A stretch of 64,000 nt of DNA from Alphaproteobacteria bacterium (GTDB lineage: Bacteria; Pseudomonadota; Alphaproteobacteria; MPNO01; UBA830): the NCBI GenBank assembly GCA_965243135.1, contig OZ251539.1:5600001-5664000 (forward strand), read 5' to 3'. Both the position numbers and the translations under genes were made by a program. Below are positions 31,889-41,898 of the stretch, in pieces (position 1 is the first letter of the stretch; the number at the start of each line of letters is the position of its first letter). The notes under the pieces are model-generated. The model was not told the origin of the DNA and ran no database searches. It was given only the letters and a program-made list of their open reading frames with translations.

Positions 31889-32638
31889 ATGCGGTCTTTT
31901 TTCGTCTTGCTGATATGCGCGCTCGCGGGGACGGCGCACGCGTCCGGCAAGCAGGCGCTGACGGTCGCGATCTCCCCGGACATCCCGCCCTACGTGACCG
32001 GGGGAGCCGGCGACGGCCTCGTCGTTGCGATCCTGCGCGGCTCCATGCCCGACCGCGCCCTGCGGTTCGTGCAGGTGCCCCACATGGAAATCGAAACCAC
32101 GATCGGAAACGGCAAGGCCGACGCGGCGGCGCTCGTCAGGTCGCGCTTGAAGGAAGTCTTCTACTCGAAGGACTTCATCGCCCTGGAAAACGCAGCGTTC
32201 ACCAGAAAGTCGGACGGCCTCGTCCTCCGCGAGGTCGGCGATCTCGTCGGCAAGCCCGTTCTCACGTGGCAGGGCGCCTGGCGGGAACTGGGCGCCTCCT
32301 TCGAGGCGCTTTTCCGGCCCGGCGGCGCGGGGCGCGGGAATCTCGAGGAGTTCGTCGACCAGACGAACCAGGTGAACGCCTTCTGGTCGCGCAAGGGAGC
32401 GGTCGCGGTGATCGACCGCAATATCTTCGCGTACTACAGCGGGAAGACGAACCGTTCGATGGACGAAGCGGCTCTGCATCCGATCTTTCCCCCGTCGACC
32501 GCCTTCAAGGTCGGCTTCAGGGAGGCGGCGGAGCGCGATGCGTTCGACCGCGGACTGGCCGATCTTTGCGCCAGCGGACGATACGCCGCCCTGATCGAGC
32601 GTTATCGCGCCGTTCTCCGGAAGACCGTCTGCCGGTGA
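31889..32638 (+). CDS. ABC substrate-binding protein (family 3-like)
   Basis: Signal peptide ending AHA, DIPPY, FDRGLADL..SGRYAAL. Confidence 0.8.
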   Translation: MRSFFVLLICALAGTAHASGKQALTVAISPDIPPYVTGGAGDGLVVAILRGSMPDRALRFVQVPHMEIETTIGNGKADAAALVRSRLKEVFYSKDFIALENAAFTRKSDGLVLREVGDLVGKPVLTWQGAWRELGASFEALFRPGGAGRGNLEEFVDQTNQVNAFWSRKGAVAVIDRNIFAYYSGKTNRSMDEAALHPIFPPSTAFKVGFREAAERDAFDRGLADLCASGRYAALIERYRAVLRKTVCR

Positions 32639-32711
32639 GCCGAGGCTCGCGCCCGTCTCTTCGCGGCTTCGCTGTCGTTCCGGACGCGATTCGGGCGAAG
32701 GAGCGCAGGCC

Positions 32712-33014
32712 GTGAGCCTCTACTACGTCCAGAAACTTTTGTACCTGCTCAACCGCGATCCCGAGCTTCGCGCCCGGTTCGACGCGGACCGGGACGCGGC
32801 GCTCGCGAACTTCGACCTGTCGGAGGAGGAAATCGCGGCGATCACGAAGCCGGATGTCGGGTTGCTCTACGTTCTGGGAGTCAACGGGCAACTTCTGATG
32901 CACTACGCCGCGCAGGTCGGACTCGAATGGGACGAGTACATCCGGGCCATGCGCGACGGAGTCGCGAAACACGGACCCGTGCGGGCCGGCCTTTACGCCA
33001 TGACGGAAGAATAG
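32712..33014 (+). CDS. LigA-like aromatic ring-opening dioxygenase small subunit
   Basis: 100 aa; MSLYYVQKLLY, F..DRDA.L..FDLSEEE..AI, LY.LGVNG. Confidence 0.82.
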   Translation: MSLYYVQKLLYLLNRDPELRARFDADRDAALANFDLSEEEIAAITKPDVGLLYVLGVNGQLLMHYAAQVGLEWDEYIRAMRDGVAKHGPVRAGLYAMTEE

Positions 33015-33157
33015 GCGATTCGGGACGGTCGGCGTTCTTTCGCAACCCCATTGCCGTTCTCGACGCCGTGAAAGACGGACGGATTTCAAGGGCGTTGCGC
33101 GAGAGTCGGCCGCGCTGTCCCGTCGAAGATTCTTCGGAAAATTCCCGGGAGGCCGTC

Positions 33158-33351
33158 ATGTGGAAACGCTCCGCCGCTTCGTCGAACCTCGCTTCCGTCG
33201 GCGACAATAGCGAAACCGGGCTTCTCGAAATCGAGTTCGTCGACGGTTCGGTCTACCGGTATTGCGACGTTCCGGAGAACGTCTGCGACCAGGCTCGAAG
33301 GGGCGGCTCCTGAGCGCCCGCGACCCATATCCGTTTTCCCGCGTCGGTTAG
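33158..33351 (+). pseudogene. KTSC domain protein, frameshifted
   Basis: SSNLASVG...LEIEF.DGSVYRYCDVP; the typical tail GSKGRLL..RDPYPFSRVG* is in another frame, ending TAG 33349-33351. Confidence 0.78.
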
Positions 33352-33382
33352 GGGGACGAGGACCGCCGCCTGGCGCTTCGCG

Positions 33383-35249
33383 CGAAGCCGGACGCCGTTT
33401 TATCTCTGCGGCGTGACGCGACGACGTCCCTTGCGTCCGCTCGACCTTCATTGAACGGCAGGAGGCAGCCGCCTGCGGAAGTTTTCGCTCCCGCGAACTT
33501 TGCCTCGCCTGGACGAACGCGCTCGCCGCCGGAAATCCGGACGCCGCGGTCGAACTCTGAGCGCGCCGCGCAGGCGCGTCTGCCATCCGTCGGCTTTTCG
33601 GGTTATGATCGCCCGGCAGCGTAGCGAAAGCCGTTCGACCATGCGCTTCTTCAACACGGCCGGCCCGGTCAGGCCCGAAAAGCACTATTGCGTCCCGGCG
33701 CTGGAGCGTCTGGATTTGGACGAGGCGCTCAGGCTCGTTCGGGACGAAAAGTATTTTGTGCTTCATGCCCCGAGGCAGACGGGCAAGACGTCCATTCTGC
33801 TCGCCCTGCAGGATCTGCTGAGCCGGCAGGGCTACCATTGCCTGTACGCCACCGTCGAGGGGGCGGGCGCCTCGGAAAAAGGCGCGGAGAAAACGATGCG
33901 GACGGTGCTCGCCAGGCTGGCATACGCGGCGCGGGACGGGCTCGACGATCCGTTCTTGGACGAAGTCTGGCCCGGCGTTCTCGCCGGATCGGGTCCCGAC
34001 CAGGCGTTGATGGAGGCGTTGGCGCGCTGGTCGCGGGCGTCGCCGAAACCGCTCGTGCTGCTGATCGACGAGATCGACGCATTGCAGGGCGGATCGCTGC
34101 TCTCGGTGCTCCGGCAGTTGCGCGCGGGATACCCCGGGCGTCCGGAGGCGTTTCCGCAAAGCGTGGTGCTGTGCGGGATGCGGGACGTGCGCGACTACCG
34201 CATGGACTCGACCGGCAGTCCCTTCAACATCGTCGCGAAGTCGCTGCGTCTGGGCGACTTCAGCCGGGAGGAAACGCTGGCGCTGCTCGGCCAGCATACC
34301 ACGGAGACGGGGCAGGCGTTCACGGCGGAGGCGCAGGAGACGGTGTGGGAGCAGACCCTTGGCCAGCCGTGGCTGGTGAACGCGCTGGCGCAGGAGGCCT
34401 GCTTCGAGAGCGCGGCCGGGCGCGACCGCTCGCGCGCCGTGACGGGCGGCGACATCGCCGACGCGCGGGAGCGGCTCATCCTGAGCCGGGCGACTCACCT
34501 GGACCAGTTGGCGTACAGGCTGGAGGAGGAGCGCGTCCGGCAGGTGATCGAGCCGATCCTCGCCGGCGGAGACGAGAGCGCCGTCGCCGACCGGGACGTT
34601 GAATACGCGCGAGATCTGGGCCTGCTCGCGAAGGACGGACCGCTCCGCATCGCCAATCCGGTCTATGCCGAGGTGATTCCGCGCGAACTGACCTGGAAGG
34701 CGCAGGCGGCGCTCAGGCAGGATACGGCCTGGTACGTCGGCGCCGGCGGCGGCCTCGACACGGCGAAGCTGATGGCGGCGTTCCAGAGGTTCTTCCGCGA
34801 GAACTCGGAGCACTGGAAGAACCGCTTCGCGTACCCGGAGGCCTGGCCTCAGCTTCTGTTGCAGGCGTTTCTGCAACGGGTGCTCAACGGCGGCGGGCGG
34901 ATCGAGCGGGAGTTCGGGCTGGGCCGGGGGCGCGTCGACCTGCTGATCGTCTGGCCGAAGGGCGGCGGCGAGCAGAAGTTCGTGGTCGAGTGCAAGATGT
35001 TGCGCGGGAGCCTGGAGGCGACGGTCGCCGCGGGGTTGGAGCAGGTTAAGGGCTACATGGACCGCTGCGCGGCGGAGACGGGCCACCTGGTGATCTTCGA
35101 CCGCGACGAGAAGAAGCCCTGGGGCGAGAAGATTTTCCGCCGCGAGGAATCAAACGTCGAGATCTGGGGCATGTAGCCGGCAGCTTCCCGAAAACGGCGG
35201 ACAGCGAGAATTTGCATGCAGCAATCGGCTAGTCGGCGGCTCTCGCCCG
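33383..35249 (+). repeat. Copy 1 of a ~1.87-kb direct duplication (leader, AAA gene, trailer)
   Basis: Near-identical to 35852-37718 at a constant offset of 2469. Confidence 0.92.
33641..35176 (+). CDS. AAA ATPase with C-terminal PD-(D/E)XK nuclease-like domain, paralog 1
   Basis: APRQTGKTS, LLIDEID, REFGLGRGRVDLL...VECK, ends EIWGM. Confidence 0.9.
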   Translation: MRFFNTAGPVRPEKHYCVPALERLDLDEALRLVRDEKYFVLHAPRQTGKTSILLALQDLLSRQGYHCLYATVEGAGASEKGAEKTMRTVLARLAYAARDGLDDPFLDEVWPGVLAGSGPDQALMEALARWSRASPKPLVLLIDEIDALQGGSLLSVLRQLRAGYPGRPEAFPQSVVLCGMRDVRDYRMDSTGSPFNIVAKSLRLGDFSREETLALLGQHTTETGQAFTAEAQETVWEQTLGQPWLVNALAQEACFESAAGRDRSRAVTGGDIADARERLILSRATHLDQLAYRLEEERVRQVIEPILAGGDESAVADRDVEYARDLGLLAKDGPLRIANPVYAEVIPRELTWKAQAALRQDTAWYVGAGGGLDTAKLMAAFQRFFRENSEHWKNRFAYPEAWPQLLLQAFLQRVLNGGGRIEREFGLGRGRVDLLIVWPKGGGEQKFVVECKMLRGSLEATVAAGLEQVKGYMDRCAAETGHLVIFDRDEKKPWGEKIFRREESNVEIWGM

Positions 35250-35840
35250 CATGTCGCGAAACCGCTTGTGCAGTTTCGCGATGCGCACATCTTGAGAAGC
35301 CGGTTGCGCTTCGAACCTTTCCTGCCCGCGCCTTCTTCCGTTGCAGCCGCGCCAGCCAACGCCAGTGCTTTCGGATTCTTTCACGCCATCCGAACAGGCA
35401 GCCAGCGTCGCGACGCCGACATCCACGCTCACGGTTGCGACGCCGCGTTTCGCAGGCGGACAATCTTCACCGTTACCGCAGCAAACCGCCGACCTGCGCG
35501 GCGCGACACCGTGACCGTCGATACCTGGCCTGCGAAGCGCAACTCCTCGCGCAGCCAGCCTTGGCGACTTTCGCCAATTCCTCTTCAAAGCCCGGTTGTT
35601 CTCCAGCGTCGATGATTACGACCTCGACGCCTTGCGACTGGCGCAAGCCGAAAACCAACTCCGAACCAGCCGGTCCTTGCGCGTCAACATCAGCCGCTCG
35701 GCGGCGCAAGATCATCTCCAAGACCTTCTGCAAGCCTTTCTTGCGATAGCCGGAACCAGGATCGCGCAGGCACTGCCGGCCTTTCGCCGCGCAGTAGGCC
35801 TCGAGCGCCGCGCGTTGCCGGTCCAGGTCCGCCGTCATGC
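35240..35840 (-). mobile_element. Decayed IS607-family element (serine-recombinase TnpA and TnpB fragments)
   Basis: DLDRQ..LEAYC..G...RD.GSG.RKKGL..LEMIL, ELVF, GEQPGFEEELA (TnpA); VDVGVATLAACSDG and RIAKLH (TnpB RuvC-I region); several frameshifts. Confidence 0.82.
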
Positions 35841-35851
35841 GAGCTTACGCA

Positions 35852-37718
35852 CGAAGCCGGACGCCGTTTTATCTCTGCGGCGTGACGCGACGACGTTCGT
35901 TACGTCCGCTCGACCTTCATTGAACGGCAGGAGACGGCCGCCTGCGGAAGTTTTCGCTCCTGCGAACTTTGCCTCGCCTGGACGAACGCGCTCGACAGCG
36001 GAAATCCGGACGCCGCGGTCGGACTCTGAGCGCGCCGCGCAAGCGCGCCTGCCATCCGTCGGCTTTTCGGGTTATGATCGCCCGGCAGCGTAGCGAAAGC
36101 CGCCCGACCATGCGCTTCTTCAATACCGAGGGGCCGATCAGGCCCGAAGAGCACTATTGCGTCCCGGCGCTGGAACGTCTGGATATGGACGAGGCGCTCA
36201 GGCTCGTTCGGAACCGGAAATACTTCGTGCTTCACGCCCCGAGGCAGACGGGCAAGACGTCCGTTCTGCTCGCCCTGCAGGATCTGCTGAGCCGGCAGGG
36301 CTACCATTGCCTGTACGCCACCGTCGAGGGGGCGGGCTCCTCGGAAAACGGCGCGAAAGAAACGATGCGGACGGTGCTCGCCAGCCTGGCTTACGAGGCG
36401 CGGGACGAGCTCGACGATCCGTTTCTGGCCGAAGCCTGGCCCGGCGTTCTCGCGGAATCCGGCCCCGACGGGGCATTGATGGAGGCGCTGGCGCGCTGGT
36501 CCCGGGCGTCGCCGAAGCCGCTCGTGCTGCTGATCGACGAGATCGACGCCTTGCAGGGCGGATCGCTGCTCTCGGTGCTCCGGCAGTTGCGCGCGGGTTA
36601 CCGCAAGCGTCCGGGAGGCTTTCCGCAAAGCGTGGTGCTGTGCGGGATGCGGGACATGCGCGACTACCGCATGGACTCGACGGGCAGTCCCTTCAACATC
36701 GTCGCGAAGTCGCTGCGTCTGGGGGACTTCAGCCGGGAGGAAACGCTGGCGTTGCTCGGCCAGCATACCGCCGAGACGGGGCAGGCGTTCACGGCGGAGG
36801 CGCAGGAGACGGTGTGGGAGCAGACCTTGGGCCAGCCGTGGCTGGTGAACGCGCTGGCGCAGGAAGCCTGCTTCGAGAGCGCGGCCGGGCGCGACCGCTC
36901 GCGCGCCGTGACGGGCGGCGACATCGCCGACGCGCGGGAGCGGCTCATCCTGAGCCGGGCGACTCACCTGGACCAGTTGGCGTACAGGCTGGAGGAGGAG
37001 CGCGTCCGGCAGGTGATCGAGCCGATCCTCGCCGGCGGAGACGAGAGCGCCGTCGCCGACCGGGACATCGAATACGCGCGGGATCTGGGCCTGCTCGCGA
37101 AGGACGGACCGCTCCGCATCGCCAATCCGGTCTACGCCGAGGTGATTCCGCGCGAACTGACCTGGAAGGCGCAGGCGGCGCTCAGGCAGGATACGGTCTG
37201 GTACGTCGGTGCCGGCGGCGGCCTCGACACGGCGAAGCTGATGGCGGCGTTCCAGAGGTTCTTCCGCGAGAACTCGGAGCACTGGAAGAACCGCTTCGCG
37301 TACCCGGAGGCCTGGCCTCAGCTTCTGCTGCAGGCGTTTCTGCAACGGGTGCTCAACGGCGGCGGGCGGATCGAACGGGAGTTCGGGCTGGGCCGGCGGC
37401 GCGTCGACCTGCTGATCGTCTGGCCGAAGGGCGGCGGCGAGCAGAAGTTCGTGGTCGAGTGCAAGATGCTGCGCGGGAGCCTGGAGGCGACGGTCGCCGC
37501 GGGGCTGGAGCAGGTTGCGGGCTACATGGACCGCTGCGCGGCGGAGACGGGCCACCTGGTGATCTTCGACCGCGACGAGAAGAAGCCCTGGAGCGAGAAG
37601 ATCTTCCATCGCTCGGAATCGAACGTCGAAATCTGGGGCATGTAGCCGACGGCTGCCCGAAAACGGCGGACAGCGAGAATCTGCGCACAGCGACCGGCCG
37701 GGCGGTGGCTCTCGTCCG
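35852..37718 (+). repeat. Copy 2 of the ~1.87-kb direct duplication
   Basis: Both copies begin with CGAAGCCGGACGCCGTTTTATCTCTGCGGCGTGACGCGACGACG. Confidence 0.92.
36110..37645 (+). CDS. AAA ATPase with C-terminal PD-(D/E)XK nuclease-like domain, paralog 2
   Basis: Same length and motifs as 33641-35176. Confidence 0.9.
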   Translation: MRFFNTEGPIRPEEHYCVPALERLDMDEALRLVRNRKYFVLHAPRQTGKTSVLLALQDLLSRQGYHCLYATVEGAGSSENGAKETMRTVLASLAYEARDELDDPFLAEAWPGVLAESGPDGALMEALARWSRASPKPLVLLIDEIDALQGGSLLSVLRQLRAGYRKRPGGFPQSVVLCGMRDMRDYRMDSTGSPFNIVAKSLRLGDFSREETLALLGQHTAETGQAFTAEAQETVWEQTLGQPWLVNALAQEACFESAAGRDRSRAVTGGDIADARERLILSRATHLDQLAYRLEEERVRQVIEPILAGGDESAVADRDIEYARDLGLLAKDGPLRIANPVYAEVIPRELTWKAQAALRQDTVWYVGAGGGLDTAKLMAAFQRFFRENSEHWKNRFAYPEAWPQLLLQAFLQRVLNGGGRIEREFGLGRRRVDLLIVWPKGGGEQKFVVECKMLRGSLEATVAAGLEQVAGYMDRCAAETGHLVIFDRDEKKPWSEKIFHRSESNVEIWGM

Positions 37719-38232
37719 AGGCGCGGCCGCAGCCTGAATGCCTGACCTCGGCGACTGCCCCGTTGCCTCGAACGGCAAATCCATGTCCGTGTCGTCGTTT
37801 CGAGCGCACGTCCGAGCCTCCCACGGCTTTCGTCGCGGTGCGTCATACCGGTAACCATGAGAGGCGAGCATGCGGTTTCTCGTTGAGGATAAGTGTTTTC
37901 CCCTGCCTTGGGTCAGAACCAAGCATTTTGCTTTCCCTCGCGCAGGTCGACCGAAATTTGCTCGACGACCGGGAACGCCGCCCCATACCGCTTGAGATCT
38001 TGCAGTTCCCGATTCGCGGGAGCCCGCGCAGCCAACTGGAGGCGGGTCGGCAACGCAGGGCTTCGGCGAGGTGAAAACGCGCTGCCGTTCAAGGGCGCTC
38101 AAGCTTGGGCATCGGAAGAAGGTTCCGCAGGCCCGGTAGCGAACGCTTGCGCTTCTTGCTTTGCGACCGGTCGCGGCTTGCGCTAACTATTGCGCGACGC
38201 GCTTCGGCGCTCGTTCCGGGAGGAGCCCGTTC

Positions 38233-39054
38233 ATGCCGCTGGTGTTCGCAGGCGCCTGCAGCCATGCGCCGGGTATCACGGGCCGCGCCGCGCGCGCCGA
38301 CCCGGACGTCAGGAATGCGTTCTACGCGCAATTCGACCGCATGCGGCAGGCCATCGAGGACTCGCGGGCGGAAGCGCTCGTGGTCGTCGCAGCCGAACAT
38401 TTCGCCAACTTCTTCATGAACAACATGCCGGCCTTCTGCGTCGGCATGGCCGAAAAATACCAAGGGCCCATCGAAGACGAAGAATGGCTCGGCATCGAAC
38501 GCCGCGAGATTCCCGGCGCCCCCGACCTCTCCCGGCGGCTGATCGCGGAGGTGATGAACGAGATCGATCTCTCCTACGCGGAAGAATGGAAGTTCGACCA
38601 CGGGATCATGGTGCCGCTTCACTTTCTCACGCCGCGCTACGATCTGCCCGTCATACCCGTCAACATCAACTGCCAGGGACCGCCGCTAACGCCGCTTCGC
38701 CGCGCTTGGGCGTTCGGCAAGGCTCTGCGCGCCGCTTGCGACGCGGCGTCGGAACGGATCGCCTTGATCGGGACCGGCGGCATCTCGCACTGGCCGGCGA
38801 CGCCGGATTCGGGGAAGATCAACGAGGCGTGGGATCGAGAGTTTCTCGATCATTTCGTCAACAACAGGCGCGACCGGCTGCTCGCCTACACCGACGAGGA
38901 AACCTACCGCGACGCCGGACAGGGCGGATTCGAGATCCGCACCTTCGTCGCCGTCGCGGGCGCGACGGAGGGCGCTCTCGGGGAACTCTGGTTCTACGCG
39001 CCGATACCAATCTTCGCGGTCGGCTGCACCGTCGCGATCATGGGAGTTGGATGA
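38233..39054 (+). CDS. LigB-like class III extradiol ring-cleavage dioxygenase
   Basis: SHAP, EHFANFF, FDHGIMVPL, GTGGISHW, GGFEIRTF. Confidence 0.92.
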   Translation: MPLVFAGACSHAPGITGRAARADPDVRNAFYAQFDRMRQAIEDSRAEALVVVAAEHFANFFMNNMPAFCVGMAEKYQGPIEDEEWLGIERREIPGAPDLSRRLIAEVMNEIDLSYAEEWKFDHGIMVPLHFLTPRYDLPVIPVNINCQGPPLTPLRRAWAFGKALRAACDAASERIALIGTGGISHWPATPDSGKINEAWDREFLDHFVNNRRDRLLAYTDEETYRDAGQGGFEIRTFVAVAGATEGALGELWFYAPIPIFAVGCTVAIMGVG

Positions 39055-39055
39055 C

Positions 39056-40159
39056 ATGACGAAACGAACCCGTCCGCCTTTCCGCGCGGACCATGTCGGC
39101 AGTCTGCTGCGCCCCGCTCGGCTCGCCGAAATCCGCGCCAGCGCGCGAGAAGGAAAGGCTTCCCGGGAAGAGGCGCAGGCGGTGGAGGACGACTGCATCC
39201 GCGCCGCGGTCTCCATGCAGGAAAGCATCGGCCTCGAAGCGGTGACCGACGGCGAGTTCCGCCGCGACTGGTGGCATCTCGATTTCCTCTGGGGTTTCGA
39301 AGGCGTCGAGCGGTGGGACGCCCACAGGTCGCGCAGCTTCTCCAACGACGAGCAACCGCCGCTCGCCAAGGCGGTCGGAAAGGTGTCCCATGGCGGCGGG
39401 ATCTTCGCCGGCATGTACGCCTTTCTCGACGGAGCGACCTCGCGGACCGGCAAGCAGACGATCCCCGGTCCGGCCATGCTGCATCTGCGGGCGGGCGACG
39501 AGGCGATCGACCGAACGGCCTATCCCGACCTGGACGCATTCTGGGCCGACTGGACCGCAGCCTATCGCGCCGAGGTGCGGGCGCTCTACGACGCCGGCTG
39601 CCGCTACCTGCAGATCGACGACGTGAGCCTCTCCTATCTATGCGACGAGGGGATGCGCGAGGCCATGCGGGCGCGCGGCGACGACCCGGACGGGCTGGCG
39701 GTTCTCTATACCCGGCTCATCAACGACGCCGTAAGGGATCGGCCGTCCGACATGACCGTCGCCGTTCACACCTGCCGCGGCAACTACAAGTCGAGCTGGG
39801 TCGCCGAGGGCGGCTACGCGCCCGTCGCCGAATCCGTGTTGGGCGGACTCGAGGTCGACGGCCTGTTCATGGAGTTCGACGGCGACCGGGCCGGCGGCTT
39901 CGAACCGCTCCGCCACGTGCCCGGCGGCCGGGTCGTGGTGCTCGGCCTGATCACGACCAAGACGTCGGAACTGGAAAGCAAGGACGACGTGAAGCGCCGG
40001 ATCGAGGAGGCGTCCGCCTACGTCGAGCCGGAGAACGTCTGCCTCAGTCCGCAATGCGGCTTTTCCAGCACCTGGCACGGCAACGCCGTCACCGAAGACG
40101 ACCAGAAGCGCAAGCTCGCCCTGGTCGTCGAGATCGCGGAAGAGGTTTGGGGGCGGTAG
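39056..40159 (+). CDS. Cobalamin-independent methionine synthase II-like protein (YxjH type, catalytic domain only)
   Basis: ADHVGSLLRP, TDGEFRR, HTCRGN, LSPQCGF zinc ligands. Confidence 0.9.
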   Translation: MTKRTRPPFRADHVGSLLRPARLAEIRASAREGKASREEAQAVEDDCIRAAVSMQESIGLEAVTDGEFRRDWWHLDFLWGFEGVERWDAHRSRSFSNDEQPPLAKAVGKVSHGGGIFAGMYAFLDGATSRTGKQTIPGPAMLHLRAGDEAIDRTAYPDLDAFWADWTAAYRAEVRALYDAGCRYLQIDDVSLSYLCDEGMREAMRARGDDPDGLAVLYTRLINDAVRDRPSDMTVAVHTCRGNYKSSWVAEGGYAPVAESVLGGLEVDGLFMEFDGDRAGGFEPLRHVPGGRVVVLGLITTKTSELESKDDVKRRIEEASAYVEPENVCLSPQCGFSSTWHGNAVTEDDQKRKLALVVEIAEEVWGR

Positions 40160-40274
40160 TTGGCGGGCTTCGTCTCGCGGCGCCGCCTTGCGGGCCGCCG
40201 CTTTTCAGTTCTACGCCTTCGAAAGGCCGAGATTTTGGAGCATCGCATCCGTTCCGGAGTTTTCCATGCTGCGA

Positions 40275-40650
40275 TCAGCGCTCTTCGAGATATCGCCGTA
40301 CATAATTCGTTCCCGGACCGACGACAGCGCCGCTCAGAACGAAGTTTTTTTATGTCTTGCAACTCATTCTTTCCGAGCCAGTGCCATTTTTCTGGAAACA
40401 GGTGATGATATCCCAAGGTAAAAACTGCTCCAATGATAAAAATTACTGTCATTAGAATCCACATACCCCACGCAAGAATTTTCCGTGATCTCTGATCCCG
40501 ATAGTGTTCGCTCCGCTTTTTCTCCAATTCTTGTTTTTCGGATTCCGCAAGAGAAATACTTTCCGCTTCCCCGTGAGAAGAAGGGGCCGACGGACGCGGG
40601 ACACGCTGTCGGCCCCGGCTTTCCGGGAACCTGTTTTGATTCTCGTTCAT
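40275..40650 (-). pseudogene. Small membrane protein, putative toxin partner of the Panacea antitoxin, frameshifted in an A7 tract
   Basis: GTG start overlaps the PanA stop; TM segment WGMWILMTVIFIIGAVFTLGY. Removing one A at 40345-40351 gives DIKNFVLSGAVVGPGTNYVRRYLEER* (TGA 40275-40277). Confidence 0.6.
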
Positions 40651-41099
40651 TCGCTCGAAGCCGCGAGTTCAACGAAATGCCGTTCTATGAGCTCGTTGGG
40701 AATGATGGAGTTACGGCCCGTTCGATGCCAAATCTGATGCCAGGGAGTGCCGCGGGCATGGGTGAGCTGCGACAACTGAATGCCCGTAAAGTCCAGGTAA
40801 GCGTCGAACACTTGCTGGATCAAGTCGGCCTCCAGTTCTTCGAAATCGCTGCTTGGAAAATCCTGAACGATGCTGACAGGTTTATTCCCGTAGCGCTTCA
40901 ATCCATGATAAACGTCCGGAATTACCGGACCATACCGCCATGCTTCCACGGGCTGCGCCGATAATGGACGATGGTACAGCCCGAGCATCCATCCGTGGCA
41001 CAAATAGGTGAGCTTGATCAGTTGCAGAGGATCGCGGGGCTTGGCTCCATCGATACCCGATCTGATCAGAAAGTTTGCAACGGCTCGAGGCTCGAGCAT
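40647..41099 (-). CDS. Panacea (DUF4065/SocA-like) antitoxin
   Basis: VANFLI, LQLIKLTY, EAWRYGPVIPDVY, LSQLTH..GTPW. Confidence 0.92.
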   Translation of the reverse strand: MLEPRAVANFLIRSGIDGAKPRDPLQLIKLTYLCHGWMLGLYHRPLSAQPVEAWRYGPVIPDVYHGLKRYGNKPVSIVQDFPSSDFEELEADLIQQVFDAYLDFTGIQLSQLTHARGTPWHQIWHRTGRNSIIPNELIERHFVELAASSE

Positions 41100-41596
41100 C
41101 GTGCGTTCTGGTCATGGCATAAAGGTCCGCTCGTGGGAATTGGTATTCCCGAAAGGAGCTTCTTTCGGGAAGGACACTCTACGCTGACTGACTACGTGCA
41201 GGGCTGCGCCACGCATCTTGGCCCACCATCGCCATAACGCATGAGGCGAGGCCATTGTCTGCCTCTCTTCTGTTGCCGTCCATCCGCCGCCTGCAACCCC
41301 ACGACGGCATTCTGAACGATTCCCGGAACTCCGCATCACTCGGACTGCGTACGCAAGGTGCAAACTTGAATCCGTTGCCATGACCTGCCTCGCAGTGGGC
41401 GTGAGGAATACATAGCACCCCTTCTCTCGATAATAAACGGGGATCGAGCGTCTGGATTTCGCGGAATCCAAGCGGACCGTGCCCTCGGAGGGCCTCTCCC
41501 GGAACCATCTTTCTCGTAGATGTGCCTGGGGCTTCTGCGTCCGTCACATGCTCCGTCCGGCCTTCCGCGCGGACCGCCTCGGGCGACGAGGCTGCG

Positions 41597-41860
41597 TTAC
41601 GCCGGGCCTGTCGTCGTCTTGTCGTGGAGATAGCGGATCGCCGACCTTGCGGATGCTGTCGATGTCGTCACGCAGGACAGCGCGGTACTTTTCGCGCCAG
41701 TCGCTCGCGGCGGTCGGAAACCTCGCTGAGGTGGCATGAAAAAGTCGACCGCCCGTTCGTCGAGCCGAAGCTTCTCGAGAAACGTGCAGTCATCGGGCGC
41801 GGCGTCGGCAACGACGACCGGTTCGGGCCGCACCTTGCGGCTGGAGCGGGGCGCCGAGCG
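41597..41860 (-). mobile_element. Transposase remnant, ISKra4/UPF0236-like
   Basis: VVADAAPDDCTFLEKL...VDFF / HLSEVSD / DWREKYRAVLRDD / AIRYL, spread over shifting frames. Confidence 0.45.
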
Positions 41861-41898
41861 GCCAGCGGCCGGAAAAAAGCGCAGCGCGAATGGCTCTC

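Noticed and set aside
35229-35588. Functional TnpB/Cas12-like nuclease
   Set aside because: Only a fragmented RuvC-I region remains; the C-terminal zinc finger and later RuvC motifs are absent.
33641-37645. Diversity-generating retroelement TR/VR pair
   Set aside because: Differences between the copies are not adenine-specific, they span the whole gene, and no reverse transcriptase is present.
37720-38200. Possible gene remnant on the minus strand (RELQDLKRYGAAFPVVEQISVDL)
   Set aside because: Short, interrupted and not assignable to a family by eye.
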